This document shows, piece after piece, positions 1 to 13,559 of a stretch of 64,000 nucleotides of DNA. Source of the stretch: Epiperipatus broadwayi. Lineage: Eukaryota; Animalia; Onychophora. The position numbers and the translations under genes are program-made. The notes under the pieces were generated by a model. That model saw nothing but the letters and a program-made list of their open reading frames with translations, had not been told where the DNA came from and did no database searches. Each line of letters starts with the position of its first letter. The first letter of the stretch is position 1. Location of the stretch: NCBI GenBank assembly GCA_028023455.1, contig JAQFVV010000004.1, positions 25,544,001 through 25,608,000 on the forward strand. Direction: 5' to 3'.

Positions 1-3000
1 GTAACAAAATTAACTACTACCATATCTGAGTAGTCTACAATATATAAGATCATAATATTTAAAATAATGTTGGATTTCTCAATATCCAAATATCAAGAAT
101 TATAAGCAAATTATTAATAACTCAGGTATATGAAATCATGTTGAGGTGAGTCCACTAGCAATTCAATAAAATATAACTCAGGTATACAGACAGTAGATCT
201 TCTCCACTTTCATTTCTTGGTTTGATGTTAAGTGCATGTTTAAACAAATACTAAGTGAATATGGTCTAGCAGGCGCCACTAGATTATCTGAATCTAGACA
301 CAGTTATATCTAATAACCTTTCACATGTACCGGGTTTGAATCCCCTTTTTGGTACTTTATTTCTAATAAAAATGGGAGATTTTGCTTTTTGAGCCATATC
401 ACTATACGCCCTAATATTTAGGTAAAAGTAAAACATCTTTAAACCACAGTGGAGGTCATTAGACATAAATCATTTCTCAGATCTTAACATAACAAATGTG
501 TTTCAATATTTTTATAAGTTTACTAGCTCAGATTATATATAACTAATTTAGGATGGCAATTCACTCATCCTTGCATGAAATAGATGATGGGATGTGGTTA
601 TAATAATACTAAGAGATCACTAAATCTTATGAAATTAATATTTATTTAGGGCCTTTAAACAGTTAAACAGCTCATTAATTAAAACGTTGATGACGATGAT
701 GATAATAATGATAGATAATAACAATGGTTTCAACCACAGCTTTAGGACTAAGCCTAAACATAAAATTTAATTTTTATAAAGAAATTCATAATTATTGTTA
801 ATCTTAGCACTTTTAATCATATCTTAAACAACTAATATTTAACCATTGATGATGATGAATTATCACACTTAACAAAGACTACACTTAATGAAATATGTAC
901 GCCTCATTTAATAAAACAAACTAATATTTATTACTGCATTTCTAACATATACATAAAAATTTCTAGATAAACATGAAAATTGACATGAATAATAATAATG
1001 ATAATAATTGATTATATAACAATCCTCAGATTAATTTCAAGTTCTTCCCCCTTTCCCTTCAAATGTATATTGTATTAAGTTGGATGTCACATTGACCATG
1101 ATGTTCACTCCATGAGAAAAGTATTCCAAGAAAAAAATATTATCTGCTCATTAGCACACATACTTTATAAATCTAACATGTATGTAGAATGTTAAAAAAA
1201 AAATGTTAATAGAATTGAAAGAGCAAGTTTTAGAAACAAGTTTTAAATTATTTTCTCCCCCTCTCTTCTACCTCTGAAATGCTATACTTAACTTGAAACA
1301 AAATAATCGAATATTCTAATACTACTTGTTACTTCACATTCACTCGCAATTATACACATATAAAAATATTATTATGTATGTGCGTGTTTTATCCCATAAT
1401 AACAAAATATTATTTAAAACCAAAATAATAATAATATATTAGTTAAAACTAAAATCATAATACCATAAAAAAAAATTGTTTTACACATTAATATTTTTTC
1501 ATAACTGTAAAATTAATAAACAAATAATTTTGATACATTCAAGATCATTTATGGAGCTCAAAGTTATTATTAGTAAGACATTCTTGTTTTTAATCGATCT
1601 GAATAGTCTTTAAAAGTTCTTTAAATAAAATATACCACTTTATTGCTAAAATGTTTATTAAGACTCTGATATCATAAAAAAAATAGATATAAAAAGTCAT
1701 ATTACTGATCTTTTGTTTGTGGCGAATTTCCAAGGGTTCAAACTTGTCTTGTATAATGTCTATACTTCTGCAGCTACCATTTCCGTTTTATGTGGGAACA
1801 ATCTCTTTCTTGAGGTGTATAACTATTTGATGATGATGACTCTATTGAGGTTATTTGCTTTAGTGGACAATTTGGAAATCATTATATTAATTTTTCTTCT
1901 CTTCCTGTCAAGCATGATTCTTTTAGTGGATGAAATACAGCGGTTGTTTTCACATTTATAAATTTTCTTGAGTTTAAAATCAGTTGTTGTAACAATTAAT
2001 TGGACTTGATGATTAATATTTATCAGTAGATTAATTCATCTTCTTTGAATGCAGGTGAATGCTTTAAAAACATCTTATTTCTCTGGTCAGTTGAAAGGTG
2101 TAGAATATTATTTTAGACACAACATCTTTTCTTTCCTATGTGATGTGCAGCTTCCCCCAGATAGTCCGGAAAAGATGGGACATACATATAATTTTTCTAG
2201 CCAGCCATTTCTTATATTTTCAACATTCAATTTAATAGTTTAATAATCTGAATCATAATCACCATAATAATAATTCCAGACAGCTTTTTATATCCAATTT
2301 TTAGCTAACTTAACCAATCAGAGATAGTGTCACTTGCTATTTTTGGACAAATTCATTTTAATTAGATCTCTAATTTATTTTCAACTAAATTATTTTTCAA
2401 CTGAAAAGTTTAATCCTTTTTCCAGACACTTTTGTTTTAAAAAAAAATAGACTTAATCCTTATTTCCTTTCTTTTTTTACATCTAGGTAACATTTCAAAT
2501 CTTTGAGCTTCCTTCTTTAGATCTTAAGATAAGACAATTTCAAAATTAGAGTTCCCACCCAAATTAAGCTCCCAAAGTGACAAACAATCATTTACAAAAA
2601 ACAAAATTGCTACAAAGATAGATATCTGATTAAACAGATTTCCTCTTTTAACATAAAATTGTACAAAAAAAAATAATTTGACAGATTTAATCCTTCCTTT
2701 TCTTTCAATATTTAATAAATGTAAATTTCTGTATGTAATGTACACACATCCTTTCTTATTTCAAATCATTCATAAACTAACATTAAATAATATAATTGCT
2801 AGCTTAGTAATTATAACCCTATTATTTAATTAAATTTGTAACTTTTAAATCCCAATTACAATTATAGAAAAGAAAATAGAAGTATAGAATAAGATATTAG
2901 AATTGATCAAGCATAGGTTAGTTTTAAAGAAAGTTAAAATGTTGAATATTTGAAATATAAAACAATTAAATAATTTACACATACACTGCCTATGCATATG

Positions 3001-3289
3001 CATTATAACTTTGCTTTTAAAGAAAAATTAAAATTTGAATAGTTTAAATGTGTGTATTACCTTTCTATCAACACACAAACAAGTATATAATTGCTGTCCC
3101 ACTCTCTTTCTGTCTAAAGCGTTTAAAATTTTGATCTGGTAGGGTTTGAACTGCTTCTTTTATGGTTATATAAAAATGTGATGATGATTTTGTTTACCTT
3201 TTCTACATGCACATTACTATAAATTTAGCTAGTGTCTAAATTGTAATGGCACAATATATTAGTAGTAACAAAAACTGGTTGAAACCAAT

Positions 3290-3586
3290 ATACATGAGTT
3301 AAGATAAAATAGATTATTACTGACATGATTGAAAAGATTAAAAGAGTGAAATCAAAAAAGTTACTAGAAGAAATAAAAATAAATTTATAGTTAAAGTTTT
3401 AAACTGGATTCTAGGTGATGGTAATATACCTAGAAAAAGATTATATGTGATATGGTTAAATGATAAAAAGAAATTTGCTGGGGCGATATGGACTAGACAT
3501 GCCATCAATTGGATAAACTAGATAAAACATAGGGAGATTTTCATTTTGCAGTTGATCAATAATTTTAAAATAATGATGATAATGAC
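3290..3586 (+). mobile_element. RTE-clade LINE 3' end fragment, decayed
   Basis: Translates to ...DKKKFAGAIWTRHAINW...EIFILQLINN followed by a (GAT)n-like tail; same 3' end as the copies at 37558 and 54605. Confidence 0.6.
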
Positions 3587-5599
3587 ATCTTTTATTTAAA
3601 CAAATCCTTTTACATATATATTGTAACCTAATAAAAATAGCCATCAATTCAATAATCATTGTAAAAATCATGAAAAGTCATAAATTGCACTCATAGTTGT
3701 GATTCCTAGTTGAGACAAAAGAAGGTGCATCTACATTAACTTTTTACTTCAAACTCTAATAAAATCATAAATATTTAATAAACTGATTTGTCAGGGTTTT
3801 ATAAAAATAATACATTTTTCAGGGTTTTATAATAATTTGCTATTCTTGAACAATAATAACTAATATTTCTTATTTCAAAACTTTAACTTGGAATAATTCA
3901 ATCTATGTGTTAAAAATATGGCTAGCAAAATTAAATAAACTGATTAAATAATAATTTTATCTCAGAGTTAATTTAATAAATGCATGGATATAAAATACAT
4001 TTATGCATTCTCAGATAAATTAGAGTAAAAAGATTTGACATATAAAAATTTTTTTTTTAGTTACACCACCTTATCCAATATTTCACATTACAAATAGCAT
4101 TACTACAATAATGATGTATTTGATTTAGCTGAGTTTTACAAGCAAATTTATATTTCAAATTTGACCTTTAATATAATAAATGTAAATGAAATGACGATGT
4201 TTATTCAGAAGAATGACAAAGAGAAATATTAAAATTAACTATTATTTTATTGTGTAAACCAAAAATCAATAAGAAGAACAAATAAGAACAATAATAAAAA
4301 TTACATAACACATTTAATAAAGACGTTAATGTCTCTGACTAATTCAAACTCTGGATCAGTCAAGTGTTTTTATCATACTGTGTGTGAAGACAATCACATT
4401 TAAAACACTAGAGAGTACCAATATTTCGTAAAATAATTCTCACTTTAATATTAGAGAGTAAAGATTATTATAATCTTAAAAGTTAAATGTCTTATGAACA
4501 TTTTAAAATGGTTTCTTATACCAACCAATCAATTATTTACAAACCTCATATACAAATAATGGAAATACTCTATTAACATAAGCAAGTATAACATCAGTGC
4601 TTTGTAGACCTAAATAATAATTTATTACAGTGGGCTTATTTATATTTTGCCTTTAAATTCTTTTCTGGATTCAATTTCAGGCTTTATTATCAAGAGGTGC
4701 TACTTTGACAACACAAAAAACAGTTAAATCATTAGTCAGCCAATTATACACAGATAACAATAAAAATTAATATTAGCAAAGATGAGTGATAGCTAAAATA
4801 TTTCAATAGTCTTTTATGCCCATATAAGAATAACTATTTAATTTGAGGTTGAAGAATTAAAAAACTCATAAGAATTCAAATATTGGCAAGAATCTTTTAA
4901 TACAAATTTAATAACTACTACATGTATACAATCCAAATCTTTACATAAATTACATTCCAGCACATTCAGTCTTAAAACTAACTGTAATATTAAAGAAAAT
5001 GTTACCTTTTAGCTGTACACTGAAATATTTGAGACAAATTTTATTTTCATTTTTCCCTCAAAAAACACTATGCCATGATATTTAATAAAGTAGAAAGTAG
5101 ATCAATTATGGGACAGTTCATTTCAATTTTGTATTATTCATTTTAAAATGCCATAAAACATCAAATTTCACTTGATGTGAATGTTATCAAGATAAATCCA
5201 TTTTAAATTCACTGATGAACTGGTAATCCATTATATCCTTTATTTATTTGGGAAGACCTGTAATTTATAAGTAGCATTCAAAATATTTTTTATAATCCAT
5301 TATCTTTTTTAAGTATTACTTCCGTATTATGCATGAATAATTCTTTGTGCACATATTTCAAATAATGAAAAACACATTAGCAGTTTTATCATAAGTAGCT
5401 GTTTAATTCCTTAAACAGATTTTATTTTTAGTTTCAAAAAGAACTTTATTATTGATAAAAAAAATTACATTTCCTCTTCTGAGTCACTCTGCATATATAT
5501 GTTTACATTGTAAGTAAAGGGAGATAATAAGTATACATACATAGAAAAAACATGAGGGAGGGGATAGTTGGCCAGTATTTATTATTAAATTCAAATTAA

Positions 5600-6255
5600 C
5601 AAATGACTTATTGAAGGTTGGATTTAAACAAAGTCTCATTAACAAGAAAATTAGGCAGTTTTATTCTAAGATAAACAACAATGCAGCTAATCTTGATAAA
5701 CAAAGGCTATTACTTCCATATTTTCCGAATGTACATAAAAATCTTTGTACTATTTTCAATAAAAAATACCACTTGTGCTTTCACCCCCCAACTCCAACAA
5801 GTTAATCAACAACACCAAGGATGGATTACAAAACTTGCAGACATCTCATGTGGTATACAATATTGCCTGCCCTGTGGAAAATTGTCAGGCCTCTTACTTC
5901 AGTGAAACTAGAGCCTCTTTATCTACATGGCTATCTCAACATATATATTAATACAACAAAGTGTTAACAGACCCAACTTGTAACTCAGTTTTCACCCAGC
6001 ATTGCATTTCAGCAGGGCACAACTGTGAACCAAGTGACCCTGTGGTTGTTTGCAGTGAATGCCATGACATAAAAAGAAAAGATAAAGAGGCTTACTTTAT
6101 TGCTAGGCACAATCACACCATCAATAGAAAAGACACATGCTATAATATAGCCAAGAAATGGAATACATAAACTCATTTGCATTACTAGTTTTGTTAGTTA
6201 CAATATGGCTATGACTATGAGGGCTGTGTCCCTTAAAAGTGATCAGCCATACTTG
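5600..6255 (+). mobile_element. Penelope-like element (lineage B) 3' fragment: GIY-YIG endonuclease plus 3' UTR
   Basis: Reads LLLPYF..., then KDGLQNLQTSHVVYNIACPVENCQASYFSETRASLSTWLSQH (GIY-YIG-like), then HCISAGHN...ECHDIKRKDKEAYFI..INRK..WN; several stops and frameshifts. Confidence 0.75.
6204..6251 (+). ncRNA. Decayed minimal hammerhead-ribozyme-like motif in PLE 3' UTR
   Basis: Stem I TATGGCT/AGCCATA (7 bp perfect); core ATGACTA resembles CTGANGA; stem II GAGGG/CCCTT; AAAA in place of GAAA; then GTGATC ending in a UC site. Confidence 0.45.
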
Positions 6256-6344
6256 TATTATTGTTTTAATATAAGAATTTTAAAAAGTCAGCTTTGTATG
6301 TTTATGCATCTTCAGCACAAATCATACTTATATTATTATTGTTT

Positions 6345-7143
6345 AATATTTTTCCTAAGAGCAAGATTGATTAGAGGCTTCCATACATTGTGTATTACCA
6401 CACTGGATTGACTTACAGGATTGTTTACCATTGTCATATGAGCAGCTTCATTGAATTTTCTTCTATGCATTTTCCCCTCTTTATCCAATATCTTTATATT
6501 CCCAATTAAACATATAATCAGTAGTACATATATGATATGCTACAATAGATACATCTGTTTTTCTCTTTTGACCATTAGTTTGTGTTCTTTCAATCACTGT
6601 TCAACAGGGTGACAGGTCTCACCAATGTATTTCTTCCACATTCACATGGAATTTCATAGATGCAGTTTTTGTTCTTCAGCATTTCCAGTTTAGGCTTAGT
6701 AGAAGTAAGAATTCTTTGAAGTGTGGTATGACTTTGGAAAATTGTTCTAATGTTATATTGACTGTGTATTTTCTTTAATTTATCTGCAATACCATACCAA
6801 TAACTGTTTTCTCTTTTGGTGTCTCTTTGTGTTGTCTATTGAATGTTTTCTTGATGCCTGCTGATGGATAATCATTCTTCATAAGCATTTGTTTTATGTT
6901 AATCTTTTCTTTTTCCAAATCACTGGTTTCTGAACAAACCTCCTTTGTTATGTTCCATAGTGATAGTGCAATTCCATGTTTAGTGCTTCTCATATGATTG
7001 GATGTATATGCCAAGTACTTGCCAGTGAATGTTGCTTTTCTATACACTGTTGTTTTTACCTTGCCCTGAATGAGATTTGTTACAAGAATATCTAAGAATG
7101 CTAATTTTTTGTTCTTTTTCTGATTCCATTGTGAATTTAATTG
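6345..7143 (-). mobile_element. Penelope-like element (lineage A), 5'-truncated: RT thumb plus GIY-YIG
   Basis: IKFTMESEKEQK-LAFLDILVT...TTVYRKATFTGKYLAYTSNH, then NCIYEIPCECG-KYIGETCHPVEQ*LKEH. Confidence 0.9.
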
Positions 7144-7145
7144 TA

Positions 7146-8230
7146 GGAGAAACAACAGCATATAAGAAACCAACATACTGGCAAGTACTTGGCATATACA
7201 TCCAATCATATAAGAAGCACTAAACATGGAATTATATTACCACTATGGAACAGAGCAATTAAGGTTTGTTCAAAATCCAGTGATCTGGAAAAAAAGATTC
7301 ACATAGAACAAATGCTTATGAAGAATGGTTATCCATCAGCTGTCATCAAGAAAATCTTCAATAGATAACACAAAGAGATACCAAAAGAGAAAACAATTAT
7401 TGGTACTGTAGTGTATCCGTACATACCAAGAATGGACTACAAATTAAAGAAAATCTGCAGTCAATATAACATTAGAACAACTTTACAAAGTCATATCACA
7501 CTTCAAGGAATTCTTACTTCTACTAAGCCTAAACTGGAAATGCTGAAGAACAAAAACTGCATCTAAGAAATACCAAGTCAATGTGAAAAAAAGTACATTG
7601 GTAAGAATTGTTACCCTGTTGAACAATGATTGAAAAAACACAAATTAATGGTCAAAAACAGATGTGTCTACCATAGCAGATCATGTATGTACTAATAACC
7701 ATATGTTTAATTGGGAAAATACAAAGATAGTGGATAAAGAGGGGGAAATGCATAGAAGAAAGTTCAAAGAAACTGCTCATATGACAATGGTAAAGAATCC
7801 TGTAAGTCAACTCAGTGGGGCAATACTCAATGTAATGAAGCCTCTAAACTAATTAGCCTTGCTCATCAAAAAAAAAAATTGAAGAACTCAGGAGAATTTG
7901 AACCAATCCTCATATATAAATATCAAATTTTTACTATATATTGCCTTTGACAAAATAGCTCAGTTGGTAGAGCGTTTGCCTTAAATTCAATATTCAAGAA
8001 TCTAAAGGTGTAAGTTCAACTTCTAAGCAAATATTGTCACTGTGCATATAGGCCAACAATACCTGTGTTGTCTATTTGTGTGTTATTATTAACAAGTTGT
8101 TTGTATTTGGAAAGTTTAAACAAAGTTTAAAATTGTCTATACATTCAACATTCACTCATACATAATGGAAATAGTCCAGCATATCGCATCTAATAATATA
8201 CCATCATCACAAACTTTCAGACAAATATAT
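7146..8230 (+). mobile_element. Penelope-like element (lineage A), inverted partner copy with 3' pseudo-LTR
   Basis: Reverse complement of 6345-7060 (TAYKKPTYTGKYLAYTSNH..., ADHVCTNNHMFNWENTKIVDKE..RRKFKET); continues into the 3' UTR shared with 21520-21850 and 26220-26490. Confidence 0.85.
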
Positions 8231-11200
8231 TATTTTATACTTTAGCATGTCATTTGAAAACTGTTTTTTCAAATATATATTTTTGTTTAATACAAATTAT
8301 TTCTATCAAATATACATAATCTAAGTTTAATTCTGTGACTATTTTTATCCATATAAACACATACATGAAAATAATTATAAATCTTACTATTGCAAATAAA
8401 ATAGGTTTATCACATTTATGGATATTTGAATAAAATTGTATTTTCAATAGAATGATTAGCAAAGTATTTTATAAGTGCATTATATATAATATGATGTACT
8501 TTATATGAATGAATGCACATACAGAAGATAAATCAGTAAAATTACTTTAGGCAAACAATACTTTCAAAAGACTTTTTGAAAAATATTATGGGTTCGTTTT
8601 ACTTTTCATAACTATATTAAATATAAAGAAAGTTAAAAACTTTTAAAAACATATTCTTAGTAAGAGAATATCTACAGCTGTTATAATCAATAGTTCAGAT
8701 TAGCAGACAAGTCTAAGATATGGTGAAAATTTCAAAGACAAAATAGACTTGTTATCATTGAAGTAAGGGTCATTGTTTAAGCAGATAGGATTACTTTACT
8801 TTATTTCAATTAATGGTTAAACTAACCTCATTCTTTTTTAAAGAAAAAAAAAGAATATACTATGCGTTGCAAAAAGAACTATGATTAATTTTACATAAGA
8901 ACTTTTTAATCGTTACTTTCTTTAATGAAAGAGAAAAAAAAAAAACTAATACAAGTAAAATTAAATTCTGTTTTTAACATTATATTTTATTTTAGTTACT
9001 TAAGATCAAGATTTTGATTAATTAGTTAACTTTATATGAAAATACGTCCACATTCGGTAGCTGACATATTCTGTTATTTTTATATTTCAAAGTGAGCAAT
9101 TTACTAAACATTTTTAAGACCATAAACATTTACTATAATACAACGGAGCATTTTAATCTGATAAAATGACTTCATTATTTATTATAGTAATTCTAAATTT
9201 ATATTATATTGAAATTGAATAGAACGTTATAAATCTAAAAATCACTTCTAACTCTGTGAGAAAAAGTCAATCACAATCTACTTCCATATATTATATTGAA
9301 CATTTTAATGATCGGCAGAATGCTAATGTGTGATTATTAGTAATCAACGTATCTAATATTAATAACAAATTATACTATAGGGCTAAAAAGCAATGGTAAA
9401 TTACTTTCGACAATGGGTTCTATTGTTGTGATTGTTTAACCAGCATTGTAAAGAAAATTTTAAGTTCTCCATTATTTTAACATGACATATATCTAGTGAT
9501 TTCTTTCATTCACACGCAAGCGCACCAACACACACATATAGTATATATTTAAAAAAACATTTGAACGTTTGTTACTTATAAAAGATATACATTATATCAT
9601 GCAGTATATAAATATATTACAGCTAACCACCTAATAGTAATCAGGAAATGAGTATCCATCTATCATTAGCTACAGTATAAAACAAAATGACAAAATATCC
9701 ACATTCTTATTTATAACAATTACCATGTTTGATCAATAATGTCTATTCTTCATTATTTTTATATGGAAATGTGTTAGAGAAATAGTTGGTTTGGTTTCTA
9801 TTGTTGAAAGATTGTTTTATCTATCTTTATCTATGTTCTAATTTGTCAATCAGTTTTTTGTGGTAGCATAACTAAAGACTGAGTTTAAAAAAATGTAAAG
9901 CAACAGCAAAGATAACATGACTTAACTAACATTACTTATTTTAATCTTGGGCAATTATTTTATCAAAGCCATAAATTCTACATTAAAAACTTGTACACAC
10001 TCTTGTGATGATTTAAAAATATAAAATGTTTTTTTCCCCAAAAACAATGCTAAAATGCATTGCTGGCCAGATATATTTTCATTGCTTCAAAATTAAAAAC
10101 AAAATACCATTTTCTATAATTTTTAAATTACAATCTTTCACTTGAAGATGACTGAGATTTCCTCACCACTGGTTTGAATAATACATCTATGTTTTTTTTT
10201 AAAAAAATTATCATGTAAATCTTATTCTGAGTTTGACTGCTTGGGATTTCCTTTAGCATTCTCTTTTAAGAACAGCTAGACACTCTTTTATGACAAATAC
10301 TGTATAGTTAGCTAAGTTCATATAGTTGGATACTTAAAAATACAGAATTTATTGGGAAAAATTTCAAAAATAATCCCAAGTCAAAATTCTAATATATGAA
10401 TAAACTAATTTTTTTGTATGAAAACTGAAAAATTCAGTGTGTATGTGCACATTTACTCAAACACATATGCATCTATATATACATTGAAGCAATATTTACA
10501 TATGCTTTATAAATTATATATATATAATTTATATGCACAGATAAATGTATATGGTATGATTAATAACAAATTTATGTTAAAACAAAATGTGGTTGTTCTA
10601 TTAACAATTATAAAGTGGAAATTACATTCTTAAAAAAAGTAATTCTTATAAACAGATCAATTAATTAAGGAGATAAATATCTGATGTAATTTAAGCTTCT
10701 ATTTTAGTAATCCCTGTCAAAAATAAAAATTTGTAAATGATATGATTGGACAATTAATTCAGCAAATCAAAACAAAGTTGAAAATTTGTTTATTATTAAT
10801 AGATCAAAGAATTGAAATGGCAGCCTATGGATCCGATTTTGCTGATAAGCTAACTCCAGGAATTATAAATAGGGGTTATAAATCATTGTGGTCAATATAG
10901 ATACTTTTATTGATTATTTCTGAAAGATATACTTTGATTGTTGAATTATTATTGAATGCTGCTGAACTATATTATTACAGAAATACTTTGAATGGTTTAT
11001 TTGTATTGACCTTTCTGATTGTGCTTTCAGTATACTTGTTGTGTTTGATATTGAAAACTACAATGGTTGAGTAGAGAAATTGAAATCTGCTTCAATTTTG
11101 CCTGCCAACAAAGTGAATGCCAAAGATCTGTAAACAAGTACAGGAGAGAGCTGTTAGCTAATATAGAAACAGCTTTATATTCAGTATATGTCAAAACTTC

Positions 11201-13336
11201 CAAGTGTCTACTCCCAATAGAAGAAACCAGCTTTCAATCAACAAGTAAACTACTATTTCATACTGTCTGATTAAAACCTATTACTGCTATAGTTATAATT
11301 GAACAAAGTTCACTAAAATTATACCAATACCTGAAACCCTTAGTGACGAAAAGGAGTGGGTATGAACTTTAAAAATAACTTAGTATAAATTTCACATTAA
11401 CTGTTATTATTGATTTTATATATCATGTTTATAACTAATATAATAAAGGGTTGCTATTTTATTTTATCACAGCATGATTTAGTTGGTGTAAAATCTAAAA
11501 AAAGAGTAACGTTTTTTACCTAGAGTGGTTAGCTTATTATTGCAATCCTTGGCTATGCTTTTAAAGACAGTCATTTCCACTTCCTGCAAAATTAAAAGAG
11601 GCTGCATAGTCAGAATAAATTATTATTATCTTTTAATATTTTACAATTTTAGGCAAACTACCCTTCAGTTTTGGGATAGGATAAATTGAATGTATTGATA
11701 TTAGTGAACTGCTGTAACTTTATTTTGGGCTGTTTTGTTTATAGTTGAGATGTGTTAGTAAGTTTTATTTATTCATAAATAATTGTAATATCACTTGTGA
11801 CTGCTGTTCACTTACAGTCATTATCTTAGGGCAGTGATATGTGATAGAGAGACATTCCTATCATATATCATCATTTTTGTTTTTTGTACATCTTGGATGA
11901 TAATGTTTGTGAATTGCAGTCATTCTTACACTTAGTACCTTGTATAATATTATATGATATATAAAAATTCCTATCGTATAGTAGCTCATGTGTATTTATT
12001 TATTTATAAATAATGTTACTTAGATATTGTTTTCTTGTGTTTTACATTTTCACATAAAGCATTCATTTAATTACCTGTATCACAGCCTGAAAGTGTTTCT
12101 AGAAATCCAGTTCTTTAAATAGCTAATGATTTCAGCATACCTTCAAACTGTAGATTTATTAATCTCAAAACTATAATAATAATTGCCTCTGATCATTAGT
12201 CTGTGCAGCAAGTTTATCTCTGTTCAGAAACAATTAAGAATGTATTATACCATATTATACTGTATATTATTTGTGTGTAAATTTAATTGAAGACATAAAT
12301 AACTAATCCTACTAACTTGTTTATAAATTGATAGGGCAAACAATTTAAACTATTGTGTGTATATATGTGAATAAATTGTAGTATCATTATTTTAACATTT
12401 GTCATTATTTTGCAATCAAGAATTTAATTAGAATATGATAGAGAGTCTCATGTGTCTAGCTGATTTTAGCAGGCTATAAAAAGAAAATGTTGTTTATTCT
12501 GTGATGTAATGTGGAGATCCCATGAAAATTGCTCTTGGGTGATTTGTAATGAGCTGTACATTTTGGATAGTTATAATATATACTTGGTGTTTTTCTTTGC
12601 AGAGGTTAAAAGGCATTTGCTTTCCAATGAAATATGGATGATTATGCAAAAACACACATACATACATATTTGCTATATTAATAACATTACAAACAAAAAA
12701 CATATATTAAAATTGTTGTACTAAAAATATCCAGTAATAATTATGAAGAAATAAATTCTGCAAGTGCATTGCATAATAATTCTTCAAATTAGACTTGCTA
12801 AAGTTATTTTAGTAAACTTGTAAATAATGTTCTTGTAACAGTGCTAATTTAAAACTCAAATAAAGTGAGCCTCATAAGTCTTAATTGTTTTTTATTTTTT
12901 CCATAAATTATTTAAAAATTCTTAGTGTTACATAATTAATAGCATTCCTATTAAAGTTATTAAAATTATCAGAAATTATATGATGATTGTTATTTGGAAC
13001 TGAATTGTTTTAGATAAATATGTTATGAAGTTTGCAACTAATATAAATTTTTCAATCCCTTTTGAATATTGGTAATTCATTTGCTATTCATATAAAACAA
13101 AAATGGTTAAATAAAAATGGTCTATTTTATATCTGCTGATACATTATACAAGAAAGAATGTTATTTACAATTTATTAAAATGACTGTACCAAGTCTGACT
13201 TGTGAAATATTCTATGAACTTTTGGAATTTATTTTTTCATATATATATAAAAATAAAGTATTATCCAGGTATATACATATATACTTTAGTGAATATATAT
13301 ATGTAATATAAATAATTTCCATTAATTAAAACAAAA

Positions 13337-13548
13337 TTGTAATTATAATTGAAATAATACATTTAACGGTTTACAAACTATTATAAACAATCCTTAAATC
13401 CACAGAAATTAACCAAAAGTACTTCTGCCGATTTAAGATGGCAGTTGAGGCAGGTTTAAGAAATTAACCGAAAATACTTCTGCGGATTTAAGGATTGTTT
13501 ATAATAGTTTGTAAACCGTTAAATTTATTATTTCAATTATAATTACAA
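13337..13548. repeat. Inverted repeat with ~70-bp arms and two hammerhead-like units in the loop
   Basis: 13337-13407 is the reverse complement of 13478-13548 with 2 mismatches; the centre holds two copies of GAAATTAACC(G/A)AAA(G/A)TACTTCTGC.GATTTAAG. Confidence 0.9.
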
Positions 13549-13559
13549 TATATATATAT

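Noticed and set aside
255-350. tRNA-like A box (TGGTCTAGCAGG) and B box (GGTTTGAATCCC)
   Set aside because: Spacing is too long and no cloverleaf forms; at best an old SINE remnant.
6585-7635. Shared in-frame TGA (PVEQ*LK) in both inverted PLE arms as a selenocysteine codon
   Set aside because: The homologous position is Arg in the 25930 copy (EKRLQ) and is the conserved GIY-YIG Arg; CGA to TGA by CpG decay is the simpler explanation.
7949-8030. Functional tRNA genes here and at 21743, 25812, 26245
   Set aside because: Acceptor and anticodon stems are broken and all copies are embedded in PLE terminal repeats; reported as a captured cassette instead.
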